This document shows, piece by piece, positions 40,841 through 54,153 of a stretch of 64,000 nt of DNA. The notes below the pieces were generated by a model. The model ran no database searches. It was not told the DNA's origin and saw nothing but the letters and a program-made list of their open reading frames with translations. The position numbers and the translations under genes were made by a program. Numbering within the stretch: the first letter of the stretch is position 1; the number at the start of each line of letters is the position of its first letter. This DNA comes from Botryllus schlosseri (lineage: Eukaryota): contig CM119371.1 of assembly GCA_051294905.1 (NCBI GenBank), positions 16,184,001-16,248,000 on the forward strand, written 5' to 3'.

Positions 40841-42424
40841 TCAATGCCGTGGTCTAACGTGTCTGTTACGCGATGCGCCGCGCACGTCCATGTCGCCACT
40901 ACGACGAGTGGGCCGCAGTTCTTTCGCGGTGATTTCAAGCCAATCAAGCCTCACGGTTTTGACCTCGGTTCCGAGCGCTCCCCCAAAAATGTACAGCCTG
41001 TCGGCGACGTGGTGCATGACATTGCGACATTGTACCGCGCGACCTCTCAAGAGCTGCCACTGTCTCGTCCAGGTATTATGGAACTCGACCGTACGCAAGC
41101 GGCCACCCATGGCGTACAAGTATCCTTTGTGCTGGATTCCGGCGCCGTACGCTCTGCCCATGACCATGGAGTTAAAAGCGCTGTAGCACCTTTCCTTCAA
41201 TTTCATAGCCTCCACAGTCCTAATCTCTGTTGTAGAACCTGCCGAACGTTCAATTCCGCCCAAAACGTAGACTTTGGCTTGTAATCCCAAAACAAAGAAT
41301 CCCTCCGTGAATTGGTGGTATTCTTCATGCACATCACCAGACGAAATCTCCATTACGACAGTGAGGCTGACGGTAACCATAATCACCCATCGTCTGGCGC
41401 ATACGACTCTGTTGTAATGAGAGACGAAGAGGTGTCCGTTCTCTATCTGGTGAAGACACTTCCATCCCGCATCTGAAAACGAATACAGAGACACACCGTC
41501 ACCTACGTAAAGCACTCCGTTATGTTCCGCGACGGATGCATGACTACGGATTGCAGACGGCAACTTGCATACTTCTGTCCACTTCTTGTCACGCAATTGG
41601 CATTGAGACACCGATCTCGTTGATTCGTCGATGGCCGTTAAGTGACCCGGTGACACGCTTGGCAGCTCGCCGGCGATAAATTGCCGTACATATTTCAGAC
41701 TTTTGATTGAGCCGTCGATGATATTCTCGGTACATATATGTCTCGTAACAAACTCACTGGGCAGGTACTGTAAATTGATCTTCAGAAACAAGTCGTGAAA
41801 CCTAGTCTCTCTTTTCTCTCGGTCGGCATTTGTCCAAGCCAACAGCCCCATCCATTTTAGCATTTCTATCGCGGGAGAGGACCCTTGCATCAAATCGTAA
41901 CAGTAGCCGACTGTCTCATAGTCGAACGCTTTGAAATCCTCCAATCCAACGATCTCTTTCAGATTCGAAACGAGAAATTTCGCGATCTGCGTATTCAGGG
42001 CTGTCTTGTTATAGAGACACAACAAGGAGACCACTTCGGCGAAATTGTTCAGATCAATGCTCTCTGCGAGAAATTCCCCGCAGAGATCAGACAACACGGG
42101 CAACTGCAGCATTTCCGCGGCGTCGATCAGGCCTCTGGCGGTCGTCATGGAGAGTCCCGCTGATCCCAAGTAAATGAAGTCGACGCATTGTTTCGCGATC
42201 TCTGGTTTCATCACGGGAAAGTTTACGATTCCCGTCCGGGCTTCTTGCGTGTCCGTCAGCAACATGCGTCTGAAATATTCTGTCGACGCGGTCAACACGC
42301 ATTTGTGTGCCGCGACTTGGAAACTGCCGCATTTTATGGTAATGTCGCAGAAATCTCCGTTGGATTTCAAATTCGACAGCAACTTGCAGGTGTGCGATGG
42401 AGCCTTCTTGTAGACGAGCTCCAT
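40841..42424 (-). CDS. Kelch-like protein (BTB-BACK-Kelch), 527 aa, uninterrupted coding sequence
   Basis: BTB motif FCDITIKCG...AHKCVLTASTEYF; BACK region (LLAWTNADREKR); degenerate Kelch repeats (VYVLGG, LYAMGG, LYIFGG); a likely 5'-UTR splice acceptor at ~42475. Confidence 0.92.
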   Translation of the reverse strand: MELVYKKAPSHTCKLLSNLKSNGDFCDITIKCGSFQVAAHKCVLTASTEYFRRMLLTDTQEARTGIVNFPVMKPEIAKQCVDFIYLGSAGLSMTTARGLIDAAEMLQLPVLSDLCGEFLAESIDLNNFAEVVSLLCLYNKTALNTQIAKFLVSNLKEIVGLEDFKAFDYETVGYCYDLMQGSSPAIEMLKWMGLLAWTNADREKRETRFHDLFLKINLQYLPSEFVTRHICTENIIDGSIKSLKYVRQFIAGELPSVSPGHLTAIDESTRSVSQCQLRDKKWTEVCKLPSAIRSHASVAEHNGVLYVGDGVSLYSFSDAGWKCLHQIENGHLFVSHYNRVVCARRWVIMVTVSLTVVMEISSGDVHEEYHQFTEGFFVLGLQAKVYVLGGIERSAGSTTEIRTVEAMKLKERCYSAFNSMVMGRAYGAGIQHKGYLYAMGGRLRTVEFHNTWTRQWQLLRGRAVQCRNVMHHVADRLYIFGGALGTEVKTVRLDWLEITAKELRPTRRSGDMDVRGASRNRHVRPRH

Positions 42425-42512
42425 CGGTTACGGTAGTCTTATTTACTTGTTACTGTATGAAGATTGAAAGGCTGCAACAGAAAACAGCATGATGTGAATC
42501 GTGACCTCTTGG

Positions 42513-42918
42513 CAGGGTTGTAATGACTCGAGTTCGATTCGAGTCAATCTGTGTAACTCGAAACTCAGACCGACATTTTATTGTAATTTCGAAGACTGGC
42601 AAAGTAACCACACTATTTGGATTTTGTCTACTGTCTGTTGAAAGTGAGGATAATTAGCATATAATAAATGCGAACCATTTGATATCACCAAACAGGGTTA
42701 TAAAAAGTGGATTTCACAAGATTTTAATTGGACACTGAGCAGTCAACACAATGACTTGGACTCGATTCATAATACGAATGACTCGGACTCTACCCCCTGC
42801 TCGCTGACTTGGACTTGACTCGGTGGTGAATTAAAAATGATTCAACTCGACTCGAGTCAAAACAATAATAGTGAAATTGATTTGTGACTCGGAGCCTTGC
42901 GACTTGCTCACAACCCTG
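42513..42918. mobile_element. hAT MITE with GACTC/GAGTC arrays (CAGGGTTG...CAACCCTG)
   Basis: TIRs; TSD cctcttgg/cctcttga (7/8). Confidence 0.75.
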
Positions 42919-43655
42919 CCTCTTGATGGCGGCTGAGAAAATGGAGAAAAAGAGTACTTAATAGGGTCCAAACCCAACATCTTATGTACCGTAAACCGGG
43001 TTCACTTGGAACAATTTTTCACAATTACGCTTTGTATACTGGAGATGAGGGGGACTTTGGACATCATATTTTCTTGTATTGATCCAAGGGGGAGCCTGCC
43101 AAGATTTCTGCCCTAGATTTAGAATTCTTGGAGGTATCTGCTGCCAAGTTTGGAATCTATGGCTCGCATGGTATCAATGTCTGTTAGCCATGAAATTGAC
43201 GACCAACCTTAATTTATCAATGTTGGGTCAATTGATCTGGTAGTGACATGAATATGAATCCACCTTTTATTGAGACTACTTGTGGTACAGTTGCCTCATG
43301 AAAAAGAACTGAACATCCTGCAGCAACCGTTTTCCATCAATAACCATTTGAATGCTATGTCCACTTTCCGCTTTTTTGCTTTTTTTTCTATCACTATTTG
43401 GACATAGATTTGCAAGTAGCATGAATTTCTAGGTAAGTGGACATATGAACTTGAATTTTCAAGGGAAATTGCAAACAAAACTGGTTTATGTCAAAATTAC
43501 ATGGTCAAACTCAAAATTTTCGAAAATGGACATACCGTAGCATGGTTTGGTTTTCAACGATATTATTGTCTCTACATCACAAAGCCTACTGTGTATGGTG
43601 GTCTATACGTAGTTAGGAAAAGTTGACTCTGTAGAATATTATCTTAACAGTATCA

Positions 43656-43783
43656 CCCCAGAGTGGAATTGGTGGCAACCGTCACGCGCAACTTTCCATT
43701 TAATTCCTTAATTATTCTATGGAAGAAACCCTTTTGTCACGCGCAACTTATTGCCGAAGACAACCACTAATTCCAGTCTGGGT
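43656..43783. mobile_element. Small fold-back MITE; related partial copy at ~44439-44555
   Basis: ACCCAGAGTGGAATT...AATTCCAGTCTGGGT ends; internal GTCACGCGCAAC repeated. Confidence 0.55.
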
Positions 43784-45476
43784 ATCACCCAACCCAAATA
43801 ATCAATTCGCGACAAATTAAAAATCATTTGAGTGGGTGGAGCGGCAGCCCGGCCGCTTCCCCATCCACTCTTACCCGCACTGTCACCACGGTGGGCCACA
43901 CCCAATATGGAATCGGTGTATCGTGGACAGTGCATGTACCAATGATTCTAGTCATTATAAACACAGGTGTAACACGGAGAATTGTCTTGGCACACAAAAT
44001 ATATCGCGGTAATTCTAAACGTAGCCGGGATTCAGACCCAGACCTCACAAATTTTCATTTATGGCTATAGACATTTCAATACAAACAGCCCTTGAGGGGC
44101 TAAGCTGCCCCTAAATTCGTAAAATCAGTCATACTCACACCTATAACTTTAATACTAGGAAAGCAAAATCTTTCTGAAATTTACACACATTGTGCTTCAG
44201 TGGATATTCTAACGTCGGTTAGAATTTGGTGTGAAATGGCCAACTATTTTTGACATTTACCATTTTTCCGTGATTTTTCAGAGAAATTTTTGCATAAATT
44301 CTTGTGGCAAAATTTTTCAGTGACATTATTTGACGTTGCTTTCTTAGATTCCAATTACTCCAAATTAGACAGTCATAAGTTTTTTCATCATTATCCCTAC
44401 TGGAATATCGGTACGTTTTGTCGAATATAACAGGTGAGCCAGAGTGGAATTGGTGGCAACGTCACGCAGGATTTTCTGTTTAATTACTTAATTATTCTAT
44501 ATGCAGAAAAGCTCTCATCACGCAGGATTAATTTCAAAAAACGAACCGAGATTCCATATATAGCCATATAGGCAGGTGAGCAGTGAGAACTGAGCAGCAA
44601 TGATTCTCCAAGCGAAAGTAATTCAATAAAAAATAATTGAAAAAGAAAGAACTTTGGGAGCACAGGACACCTATTCTCTAAAAATTAAAAATTTTACAGA
44701 GTTTATAGTAAAGATATCGCCCGGATGCTATGTTCTCCTCCAGCATTGCCTATAGTGTTCTGCTTTTGATATCTTCGTCCATTCTCACACAGTTCAGAAT
44801 GAGTCGATTTCCATTCTTTGAAATCCTTTTGCCCCACGATTTGTATAGTAGTCGCTCAATGCTCGAAAATATTACGGTTGCGGAATAAGGAAAATGGCTC
44901 TGAGAACAAAATCCGATGTCATGCTTAGTTCCATGGGTTTTCAAAGGCCATGATCCATGGAATGAATGACACTGTCATAGATCTGACATCTAATCCGCCC
45001 TCTACAGGTCATCAATATCATCTCTGATCGACAACAAAACAGCAACCAAAGCCTGACAAATGTCACCGACATGCCTGAGAATATACTAGCCACCAGCACC
45101 AGATGCAATGCAAAGTGCTTGGCCAGCATGGGTCATTGCCGGATACCGGCAGGCGGCATATACTACTTGTTTGTTATGATCTATTGTAACGCGTCATTGA
45201 TTATAACATAGATGTCCTCAAAAGCATGCAGATCGGCAGCGGCGAGCGTAGGGTCTAGTCTTGGGTGGGAGGTGCCGAGTAGAGGTCGACCGATAATGGT
45301 TTTTGGTCGGCAGAGAAACTATACTTCCTGCATTGCAATCTACATCTACTGGACTGACCAGCAATTCTGTATCACGTTTCGATTTTTAGGTTATCTCAAA
45401 TTTCAATGAACGTGCTCAATGAAACAATATTTATTTTGAATTTGAAATATTTCGTTTGTTGTTCAGCTTCAGCTCG

Positions 45477-45732
45477 AGCGAGATAGTGTAATGGTTATGC
45501 GTCCGGCTTCTCGAGCGGTAGGTCGTGGGTTCGATCCCCGGGTCATACCAAAGACTCGAAAATTGGTATCCGCAGCTATCCTGCTAGGCGCTCAGCAATC
45601 ACGGATAGCATGGAGGAGGAAAAAAAACGGGGGCGCAGACTAGATGACCTCATGGGGCCGTATCGCAACTCCGTCGTCAAAGCATATCGATGGTGCAGGC
45701 GAAAAAGAATATCATATATATCTCTCTCTCTT
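45477..45732 (+). mobile_element. tRNA-derived SINE, family 1, full length
   Basis: A-box TAGTGTAATGG, B-box GGTTCGATCC, body nearly identical to 63781-64000, simple-repeat tail. Confidence 0.85.
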
Positions 45733-47602
45733 TCTTCGGCATGTACAAGAGCCATCTTGTCTAAAACATTTTAATTTTGGCTAAATGGTTCTCTGCTTCT
45801 TCCATATATTTATCGGCCTAGGATATCGGTTATCGGCATTGCGAATGTGTCGATAGTCGGTATCGGCCTGCAAAAACCATTAACCATTAGTGTCCGATTC
45901 CATTGACAAATCCAAGTCGCTTCGACATCTTCCTGTCTATTCATTGTATCGCATTTTTTGTGGTGTATTGAACTGATAAAATTGCTAATAAACCAATATG
46001 ATGATGATGATAATGAGGAAGTTTACAGTGGAAAGTGTCTCTTGCTATTTGTTAAATCCTAAGCATTGTCGCAGTATACTTTCAAATGGAATTAACTCCG
46101 TTAAAACGGATTGATATGCCTCATCTACGCTATATCGAGCCAGTTGTTTGAGTGCAAGTGTCATCGGCAGTGGCGAGCAATTATTTTTCCCCGCGGGCCT
46201 AATTAGAGCAGAAAATACATTGGCGAGCCGAGCCAAAAATTTCAACTATCTACTGCGGCGTAATAATAGTATTTACTAATTGAAAGCAGTGAATTGCATT
46301 GTTAATACATGGTGCTTAGTTGATGTATTGATATTACTTAATGAAGAGGTGACGGTTAATTGACAAAATTAATATTTATTCGCCGACATAATTCAAAACA
46401 CTGATGGACATGACACATTTGAACCTCTTTTAAACACACATACATGTTTTATATTAAGACAATAAAATGTATTTAGGATACTAGAAAGCTCTTCTTGCTC
46501 GCTGCCTCCTGAGCAGTGTATGTGTATATCTTGGTGAAATAGCCATTGTTGTTAATGTTCGCTCTCCCTTAGTCGATTGTCTTCGTATTTTTGATATAGT
46601 ACTGATTTGAATTATACCCCATCCCCATGGCGACCTACTCGCCACAAACTGAAACGACGGGTCCACCCCCGACTAACAAATATTCAGTGCTCTGAATCTT
46701 CTTGGAATTTCATCCGTCGGTCTTCATCTTAACTTTTTGACATGCCCGCCCGTTCATCGTCTCATGGCGAGCACTGATTGACTTGTTAAATGAATTAGTG
46801 ATTTGGACAGGTATCATGTAGCAATTTGAAGCACAGAGTGTGTAAATGTGGCAATGGCCACTAAGGTTTGAAGACGAAACGATATGCTGGAAACAGTGAC
46901 TTTTTGCGACTTTAATTGTTACGGCACACTTTGCTACATAGGCTTTATTTTGAATTTGTATTACTCATATAACTTACGTAGGCTATGTAATCACGACAAA
47001 TAAATAAACAGGTTAAATAGTGAACGAATGTCCGGCTCTGTTTATACAGCCCAGGATTTTAGTCCACGGATTAGATTCAAAAGTAGGTTTTATTATAGAT
47101 AGCTAACCTGCGGATAGATACGCAACCCCCGTCGTCACGCTTGCTTGCCCAGAGTTAATTACTGCTCAACAATCTGAACGCCACAAGATTGCTAATCTCA
47201 TAGCTGACGACCCGAGCTCTCAAATTGAATAAAGTTTGTCTTATTTGAAAGCTACTGTCACGCTGATTCCGAAAATATAGATAAAAATTTCATCAAGGCA
47301 ATGGAACCACGCCGAAATAGCCTTCAAAGTCTGAAAATTGGCATTGTTCTGAACAATCGCAGCGACGCAGCATAATGAACATAACGATGACCCTTGCGTG
47401 CTTGCCATTGTTCAGAACAATGCCAATTATTATAATTTGAAATGTATTTCGAGGGGGTTCCGTTACTCGGATCAGATTTTATTGTCTATTTTCGAAATCA
47501 GTGCGACAGTAGCTTTCAAATAAGATCACCTTTATCTAATTTGAGCGCTCGGGTCGTCAGCTATGGGATTAGCAATCATGTTGGGTTCAGATCGCTGAGC
47601 AG

Positions 47603-48029
47603 CAGAGATGAGCGGATTTGAAATTTCTATGTCCTAATCCAATCCAAATCCGAACCTTCAAATCCATATCCAAATCCTAATCCATAACTTTTTCATATTC
47701 AAGTCCATGTCCAATCCTAATCCGATTCCAACTGGAAATTCAGAAAAAATACTAATTTATGCAATGGAGGGATTCGAAAATTTTCTTTCGCAACCAACGA
47801 TTCACTTGATTCAAGATAACTTAGTAACGATGAGTACATTAATAACTGATCTGAATAAAGTTGGTCGCCATTCGCCACACGGCATTTCAATCTCCCAGAA
47901 AATAAGTAAATCCAATCCAAATCCTAATCCGTTCTGATAAAAATCTCTAATCCAAATCCAATCCAAATCCGACAAAATTTCACAAATCCTGTTTTTTCAA
48001 TACCTAATCCTAATCCATGCTCATCTCTG
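47603..48029. mobile_element. 427-bp MITE with GGATTT/AATCC arrays (CAGAGATGAGC...GCTCATCTCTG)
   Basis: Perfect TSD ctgagcag; empty site at ~28032-28039. Confidence 0.9.
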
Positions 48030-48703
48030 CTGAGCAGTAATTTCCTCTGGGCAAGCAATCGTGACGACGGGTGTTGCGTATCTATCCGTAGGTTAGTTAT
48101 CTATAGTTTTACGTTCTGAATCCTGGGTAACTTTTCGCGGGTCACTCAAAATCGCGTCGCGGGCCAATCAAAATCGCGTTGCGGGCCGCATTTGGCCCAC
48201 GGGCCGCACTTTGCCCAGGTCTGGTCATCGGCCTTCTCTTTGTTATTGGTTATTCGGTACTGCAGTTTACTGTGTGAAACCCAATGTTGTCGCTATGTAA
48301 CACCCATGTATACATGGTTCTGTTGTGAAGAACATAGCGTTCCACGTGTTTTGATATCGTTTCAAAATATGGCATAGGCAGATATTACTTAAAGGGGCAC
48401 AGCACTCTAAAAATGATGTGGTCTCAAATTGAAGGGCAGAACGAAATAAAAATTTTGGCCGCCGCCGTGTTTTGTAGAACGCCACCGTAATGGAGCTGCA
48501 ATTTATTGAAATATCGATAGCAACTTCACGCTACAGCAGTCATGCAGAGATAGAACTTTATATCGTTGTCAGCCGATGTTGTGAAGGAAATATGTCGTAC
48601 ACGCAACGGTGGTTTAGATACCGCGCGTTCAACGGAAGATGTTCAGTCAGGAGATTTATGTCAAAATCGGACCTAGTGTATTCTATTTATTTAGGACATA
48701 GGG

Positions 48704-50025
48704 CAGTGGTCGGTAACCTATCAGAGATGAGCATGGATTAGGATTAGGTTTTGAAAAAACAGGATTTGTGAAATTCTGTCGGATTTGGATTGGATTTGGA
48801 TTAGACATTTTTTTCAGAACGGATTAGGATTTGGATTGGATTGAACTATTTTCTGGGAGATTGAAATGTCGTGTGGCGAATGGCGACAAACTTTATTCAG
48901 ATCAGTTATTAATGTACTTATGGTTACTAAGTTATCTTGAATCAAGTGAATCGTTGGTTGTGAAAGAAAATTTTCGAATCCCTCCATTGCATAAATTAAT
49001 ATTTTTTCTGAATTTCCAGTTGGAATCGGATTAGGATTGGACATGGACTTGAATATGAAAAAGTTATGGATTAGGATTTGGATTTGGATTTGAAAGTTCG
49101 GATTTGGATTGGATTAGGACATAGAAATTTCAAATCCGCTCATCTCTGTAACCTATGGCTCGCGAGCCATATATGGCTCATTTGGGTATAAGATATGGCT
49201 CTTTGACATATTTTTAATTTTGTACTTGATAATTTAATCGATGTTGTAGCAACCTGTTGGTAAATTGTCTTAACGTCCAGAATAATTATTCTCGTGGCAA
49301 CATAAACATGTATTTGAGAAATCAAGGCAGCGGCGTATCCAGGTATAAGGGCTCGGACCCCTTAACAAAATCCTCAAATTTAAGTTGCTGTAGCCCCAAG
49401 CGAGCAATATCCCTCGCGAATTCGATGTACCCGGCATCGCTCGCTGCGTAATCTTGTATTGCACCATTCGTTAGTTGATCAACGAGAATGGCAGACATGG
49501 GGACGTCTGTATGACAATCCAGTTTTCAAATACACACTATCTTCCTGATCTACGCCGAGAAATGAACTGCCTTGGAAGCGTCATTCCAATTATAAATCCA
49601 AATCACAAACAACGCTTCGCTATCCATGTCCAAATTGATAAGTAGCTTTCTAGTACTGCCGTTAAAATGTAGGCGTGTAGTGCAACGTTTATGATGTTAC
49701 CGCCGAATTGAGAATTCGATCAATATTTATATTTTCGGAGTCAGTTCTATATAGCTGTATTAGATTAATATCAGTTAGTATAATTTCTGAGCTATTTTCG
49801 ATGAATTGCGATATCACAGGACGATTAGTAGCCTACGAGTTTTTACGGAGAAAATATGGCGCCCACGACGAATCCCATGTACCGAGTTCAAATTAGTATT
49901 GCCATGAAGTCACGGATTTTCAATTGTGACGTAACGATTGATTGACATGTATGGCTCTTTGGGAGTTAAAATGGAAAATATAGGGCTAACATGGCTCTTC
50001 AGACGAAAAAGGTTCCCGACCACTG
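48704..50025. mobile_element. Buster-type hAT element, itself inside a fold-back element (~48403-50219)
   Basis: CAGTGGTCGG...CCGACCACTG ends; perfect TSD acataggg. The host has CACTCTAAAAATGA...TCATTTTTAGAGTG arms. Confidence 0.85.
48722..49148. mobile_element. Second, inverted copy of the 427-bp GGATTT MITE (truncated equivalent at ~28659-28824)
   Basis: Reverse complement of 47603-48029; perfect TSD taacctat. Confidence 0.9.
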
Positions 50026-52163
50026 ACATAGGGCGTGTACGACATATTTCCTTCATAGCATCGGCTGACAACTATATAACGTTTGATCCCTGCGTGACTG
50101 CTGGAGCGTGAAGCTGCTATCGAAATTTCCATAAATTGCAGCTCCATTACGGTGGCGTTCTGAAGAAAATTTTTATTTCGTTTTGCCCTTCAATTTGAGA
50201 CCACTTCATTTTTAGAGTGATATGTCCCTTTAATACATAGCGCGCACACTGTATGACATTTTCTTATTATGGCTTGACTATAAATAGTCTCGTGCTTTTG
50301 CCTCGTGCAAGAGACTCAATTCATAAAACACATTAGTAAGCGCGAACTTACAGAGTGTATGCATCAGATCAAATGCGCTTTTTGTTTAGTTAAGTTTGTA
50401 GGCTTCTTCACTTTCTGCGTTTGTGGTCAGCAGCGTGGGAGTCTGGTTGATGGACTTTATCATAATGTTTCGAATTCTCGGTATGATTTTGCGGTATTGC
50501 GATCTCGTGATGTTCGATCTGATGAATTTAAAAGTGAATTGAAACAAACGGTGCGCACTAGCTACATAGGTAAATGGATAGAAAAACCCGTCGGTCCGTT
50601 AGTTGGCCGCTGATTTCCAACATTTCAGTCCAATTTCCACGTACATTTAACCAAACTTAACAAAAAAGATGACATTTAGGCGTCCTCCGAGGAATCTTTC
50701 AAATAAGTCAAAAACGATGACGTGTGGTAACCCTAAAGTTTAATGTCTGTTGGTTTAATTGGAAGAAGGCGACTAGTCATAAAGAAGCAGTACTTAGATG
50801 TTGACTACGGATGGGAAATGTGTATGCTTCACTCCTTGTTAGCAGCTCTAATGTAGCATGCCGCACGCATGCACTTGACTTATATCTTAATTATCCAGTA
50901 GCAACTATGCAATACCTACCAACACTTTTACACACATTCTGTAGCTAGCGAATTGTTTTCAGAATTGCTACGTTGCATGGTGGACTCTCGATGGCCACAT
51001 CAACAATGGTAATGTCACATGTCTGCAGTGCTACCAACGGAAATAGTTGCAAACCAAAACAGCACAATAATTTAACAATCATCCCCGGTATTGCAGGGTT
51101 CTTATATCATAAAGCGCATGACGAAAAATTGTGATGTAGACACCATTGTCAGAATGAAGCAACACGCGATGTGTCACCAGCAGTGTACGCACAACTTCAG
51201 TGTTGTCAGCGAACAACTGCTGCTGCTGCTGAACGTTCTTTCTCCATACTTGGCCAGTTACTTGGTAAGGACAGACACTTTCCACACAAGAATGTAGGAA
51301 AGTATCTTTCGTTTTACTACAACAAATTTCAATTAATTCTACCATGCTACGTGATGTAACTACTGGAACTATTCATAGGGTCCGATGTCGATTGAATAAA
51401 GTTTTGTCATGTGAAATTTTTTCAGTTTTTGAGTCAAAAATGTTTTTAAAGGCCAAACTGCTACGTAAGGAAAGACAGTTCCAACCAGAAATGAGGAAGT
51501 AGTACAACTCTAAAATTATGAGGGAAACACCTAATTTGCATACGTTAGGTCAGAATTTTGTAAAAATTGGGTTTTCAAAGTAAAAAAATGTCAAAATTTT
51601 GATTTTTTAGGTCAAAATCTACTGTTTTATAGGTCAAAAACATCGCTCTGGTTATAACCAATCAGGATCCTTGGTACGCTATTCCTCCCCCACTTCACCG
51701 ATTCCTACTTCATTGTAGGCTAATTGATTGTGTTTATGAGAAATCTACACAATAAGCCTAAAAGTAATGTAGGATATCTTGGAATTTTTCTTATTATAAA
51801 GGCCGACAGTGAACAAACATATGTTCGGCATTTGATGTCTTGAAGGATCATTTAGTAAGAAGTATTTCTTAAATTTGAGAGAATGTGTAGGATAATTCAA
51901 GCACTTTGTCACGTATCCACCATTGTATCGTGGACTGGATGTTTGACATGCCTCCTGTACACCTGTCAGTCTATTATTAGGTGTGTATAGTTGATACGTA
52001 TTGTGATCGATTTTTGTGTTTAGGACTCAGCGAAAATTTGAGGTTCCTCGTAGGCTTGCCGATTAGCGTGAGTGTCCCCTTGGTTGGTAGTAAAGCTTAA
52101 AGAACCACTGGTATATCGGAAATACTGCATTTCCCTGAAGTTATTCAAATTTGAGGAGTGTTG

Positions 52164-54153
52164 CAGACATGGGGTAATCGCGATTAGTAATCGTAATCGA
52201 TTACGACGATTACAGCATTTTCAAGTAATCGTAATCGCAATCGATTACTTTCGAAAAAAATCCGAAGTAATCGTAATCGTAATCGACTACTTCCCATATC
52301 TAATCGATTTCTTTGTGAAAGAGCGATTACTTTTTATTTGTAAAAGGATCATGACATAAACTAAACATTCGTGAACAAGGAAAATATATTATGCCAGGTT
52401 AGTGATAGCACAAACGTCTGATTTACAAACGCCACTGCTCATTATTACGTCAGAAGTATTAACTTTACTCGTGATTACGTAAGAAGTATCCACACAGAGT
52501 AAATAGATATTTGACGTTTGTAGTGTTATTGATTGTAAGAACACCTACCGTGCGATATATCAGATCATCAATACACTCCAGACGTCACTACCTCGAAGCA
52601 GGATAATAATAATCACAATTCTGCCTAGTTGCAAATGGTAGCTTATGTATGTATTGATGTTTAGTTAATGGTTATGCTCAGTTAAACGCAGTTTGTCGGT
52701 TGGTGTTTGGCGAGCAGCAGGCCTATATGTAGTACGTACGTACACCGGGCAAAGATTTGAAATTTTAACATTATAATTTCCACACGATGCATTAAAAAGC
52801 AGCAACTACTGATATATATCATAACCGAACCATTCTTTGCCGTTTGTCGTAACGGCAGCTTGCAGTATCTGTATTAAGTAGAAGGCAGAATTTTATGTTC
52901 ACTTTATCTTATTCTCTTGAAACGGGCGCCAATCGTTATTTCGCAATTCTTTTCCTGCCGCCATAGCCATCCGCTTATATGCCATGGTAGCGTGGGTTGT
53001 AGCTAGGATTAAGACCATAACAGCAACTCGTCCCGCACTCCAACTCCAAATGTTGGTCTTAGGCCCAAATAAGGTGGTTAATTTTCAAGTTGACATCATC
53101 TTCGATAATATTAGTAATTGCATTATATTACAATTCATTTTTAATCCTCTCTCAGCCCCCGATAGTCAGATTTAGCTGTAGAGCTGAGAGCACGTAATTC
53201 ATAATTATAACATGTGGTATGTTGTTGTAATTACTTTACTGTATGTCGTAAATTGGTGACCTCCGTTCTGTCATATAATCGAAAGACATTGTAGTCGCCC
53301 AAACGTAGCAGACGACAGGAAAAACGTTTCGTGAGACGCACAAACAAATAATTGTCATGTCTTTATTCCTCTGTGGGTGACCTGGGAGGCATTTGTATTG
53401 TGGGCTCATATCGTAAGGCTGGGACTATTAGTCACGCCCACCCTGTGCGGCTATTGACATTGGACACATGCTCAAAGTTTTTGCCAAGGTCATTCTTTAT
53501 TAATACCCTCGCATGTCGCATGTGAGATCAAACAGCATTTGTCTTTTGGTATGTCGTGGCGCGGTATTGTCCGGCACCGAAATGCCGATTCCTATAAATT
53601 ATACATACTTTTTTCATGGGGGTGAGAGGTATGCATTCCAAAATCAAGATATCAATAGACATTTAAATCGGGAAGCCCGAAAAAAGTTTCCAGTTGAACA
53701 AATCTCCTAAAAATACTTTATAATTTATGATGGTTTTACCAAATACTTTTGAGTCCCTTTCGAGCGCGCTCACCACCCTATTGGGGAGTTTAGGGTGCGG
53801 CAGTTACGGACCTGACAAGAATGAATATCTTTAGATGCGATAAATTGTCCCCTATAAAGTTGAGCAATGGGTACATTATGACGTAACAAGCAAATGGCGC
53901 ATAATTTATTGAGAAAGTTGTTGTTATTTCATTAGGCCTTTTCAACTCAATCCTTATTGTCTTCAATATATCTTCGAAGACTAGTTCGAAGAAGCAAATA
54001 AAATGTAATCGTGATTACTTTTCAATTGTAATCGTAATCGTAATCGACTACTTCCTGATGTTGCTGTAATCGTACTCGTAATCGTAATCGCGTGATTCAG
54101 AAGTAATCGTAATAGCAATCGATTACATTCATGAAGTAATCACCCCATGTCTG
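52164..54153. mobile_element. Second copy of the GTAATC-array element
   Basis: Same TIRs as 36086-37995; perfect TSD gagtgttg; diverged interior. Confidence 0.9.

Larger units (their letters stand above)
46011..51317 (+). repeat. Local direct duplication, copy 2 (lacks the P element and the 36086 element)
   Basis: See copy 1. Confidence 0.95.

Noticed and set aside
40814..42436. Plus-strand ORFs overlapping the Kelch gene, and those overlapping the 7TM gene
   Set aside because: Antisense shadows of real coding sequence.
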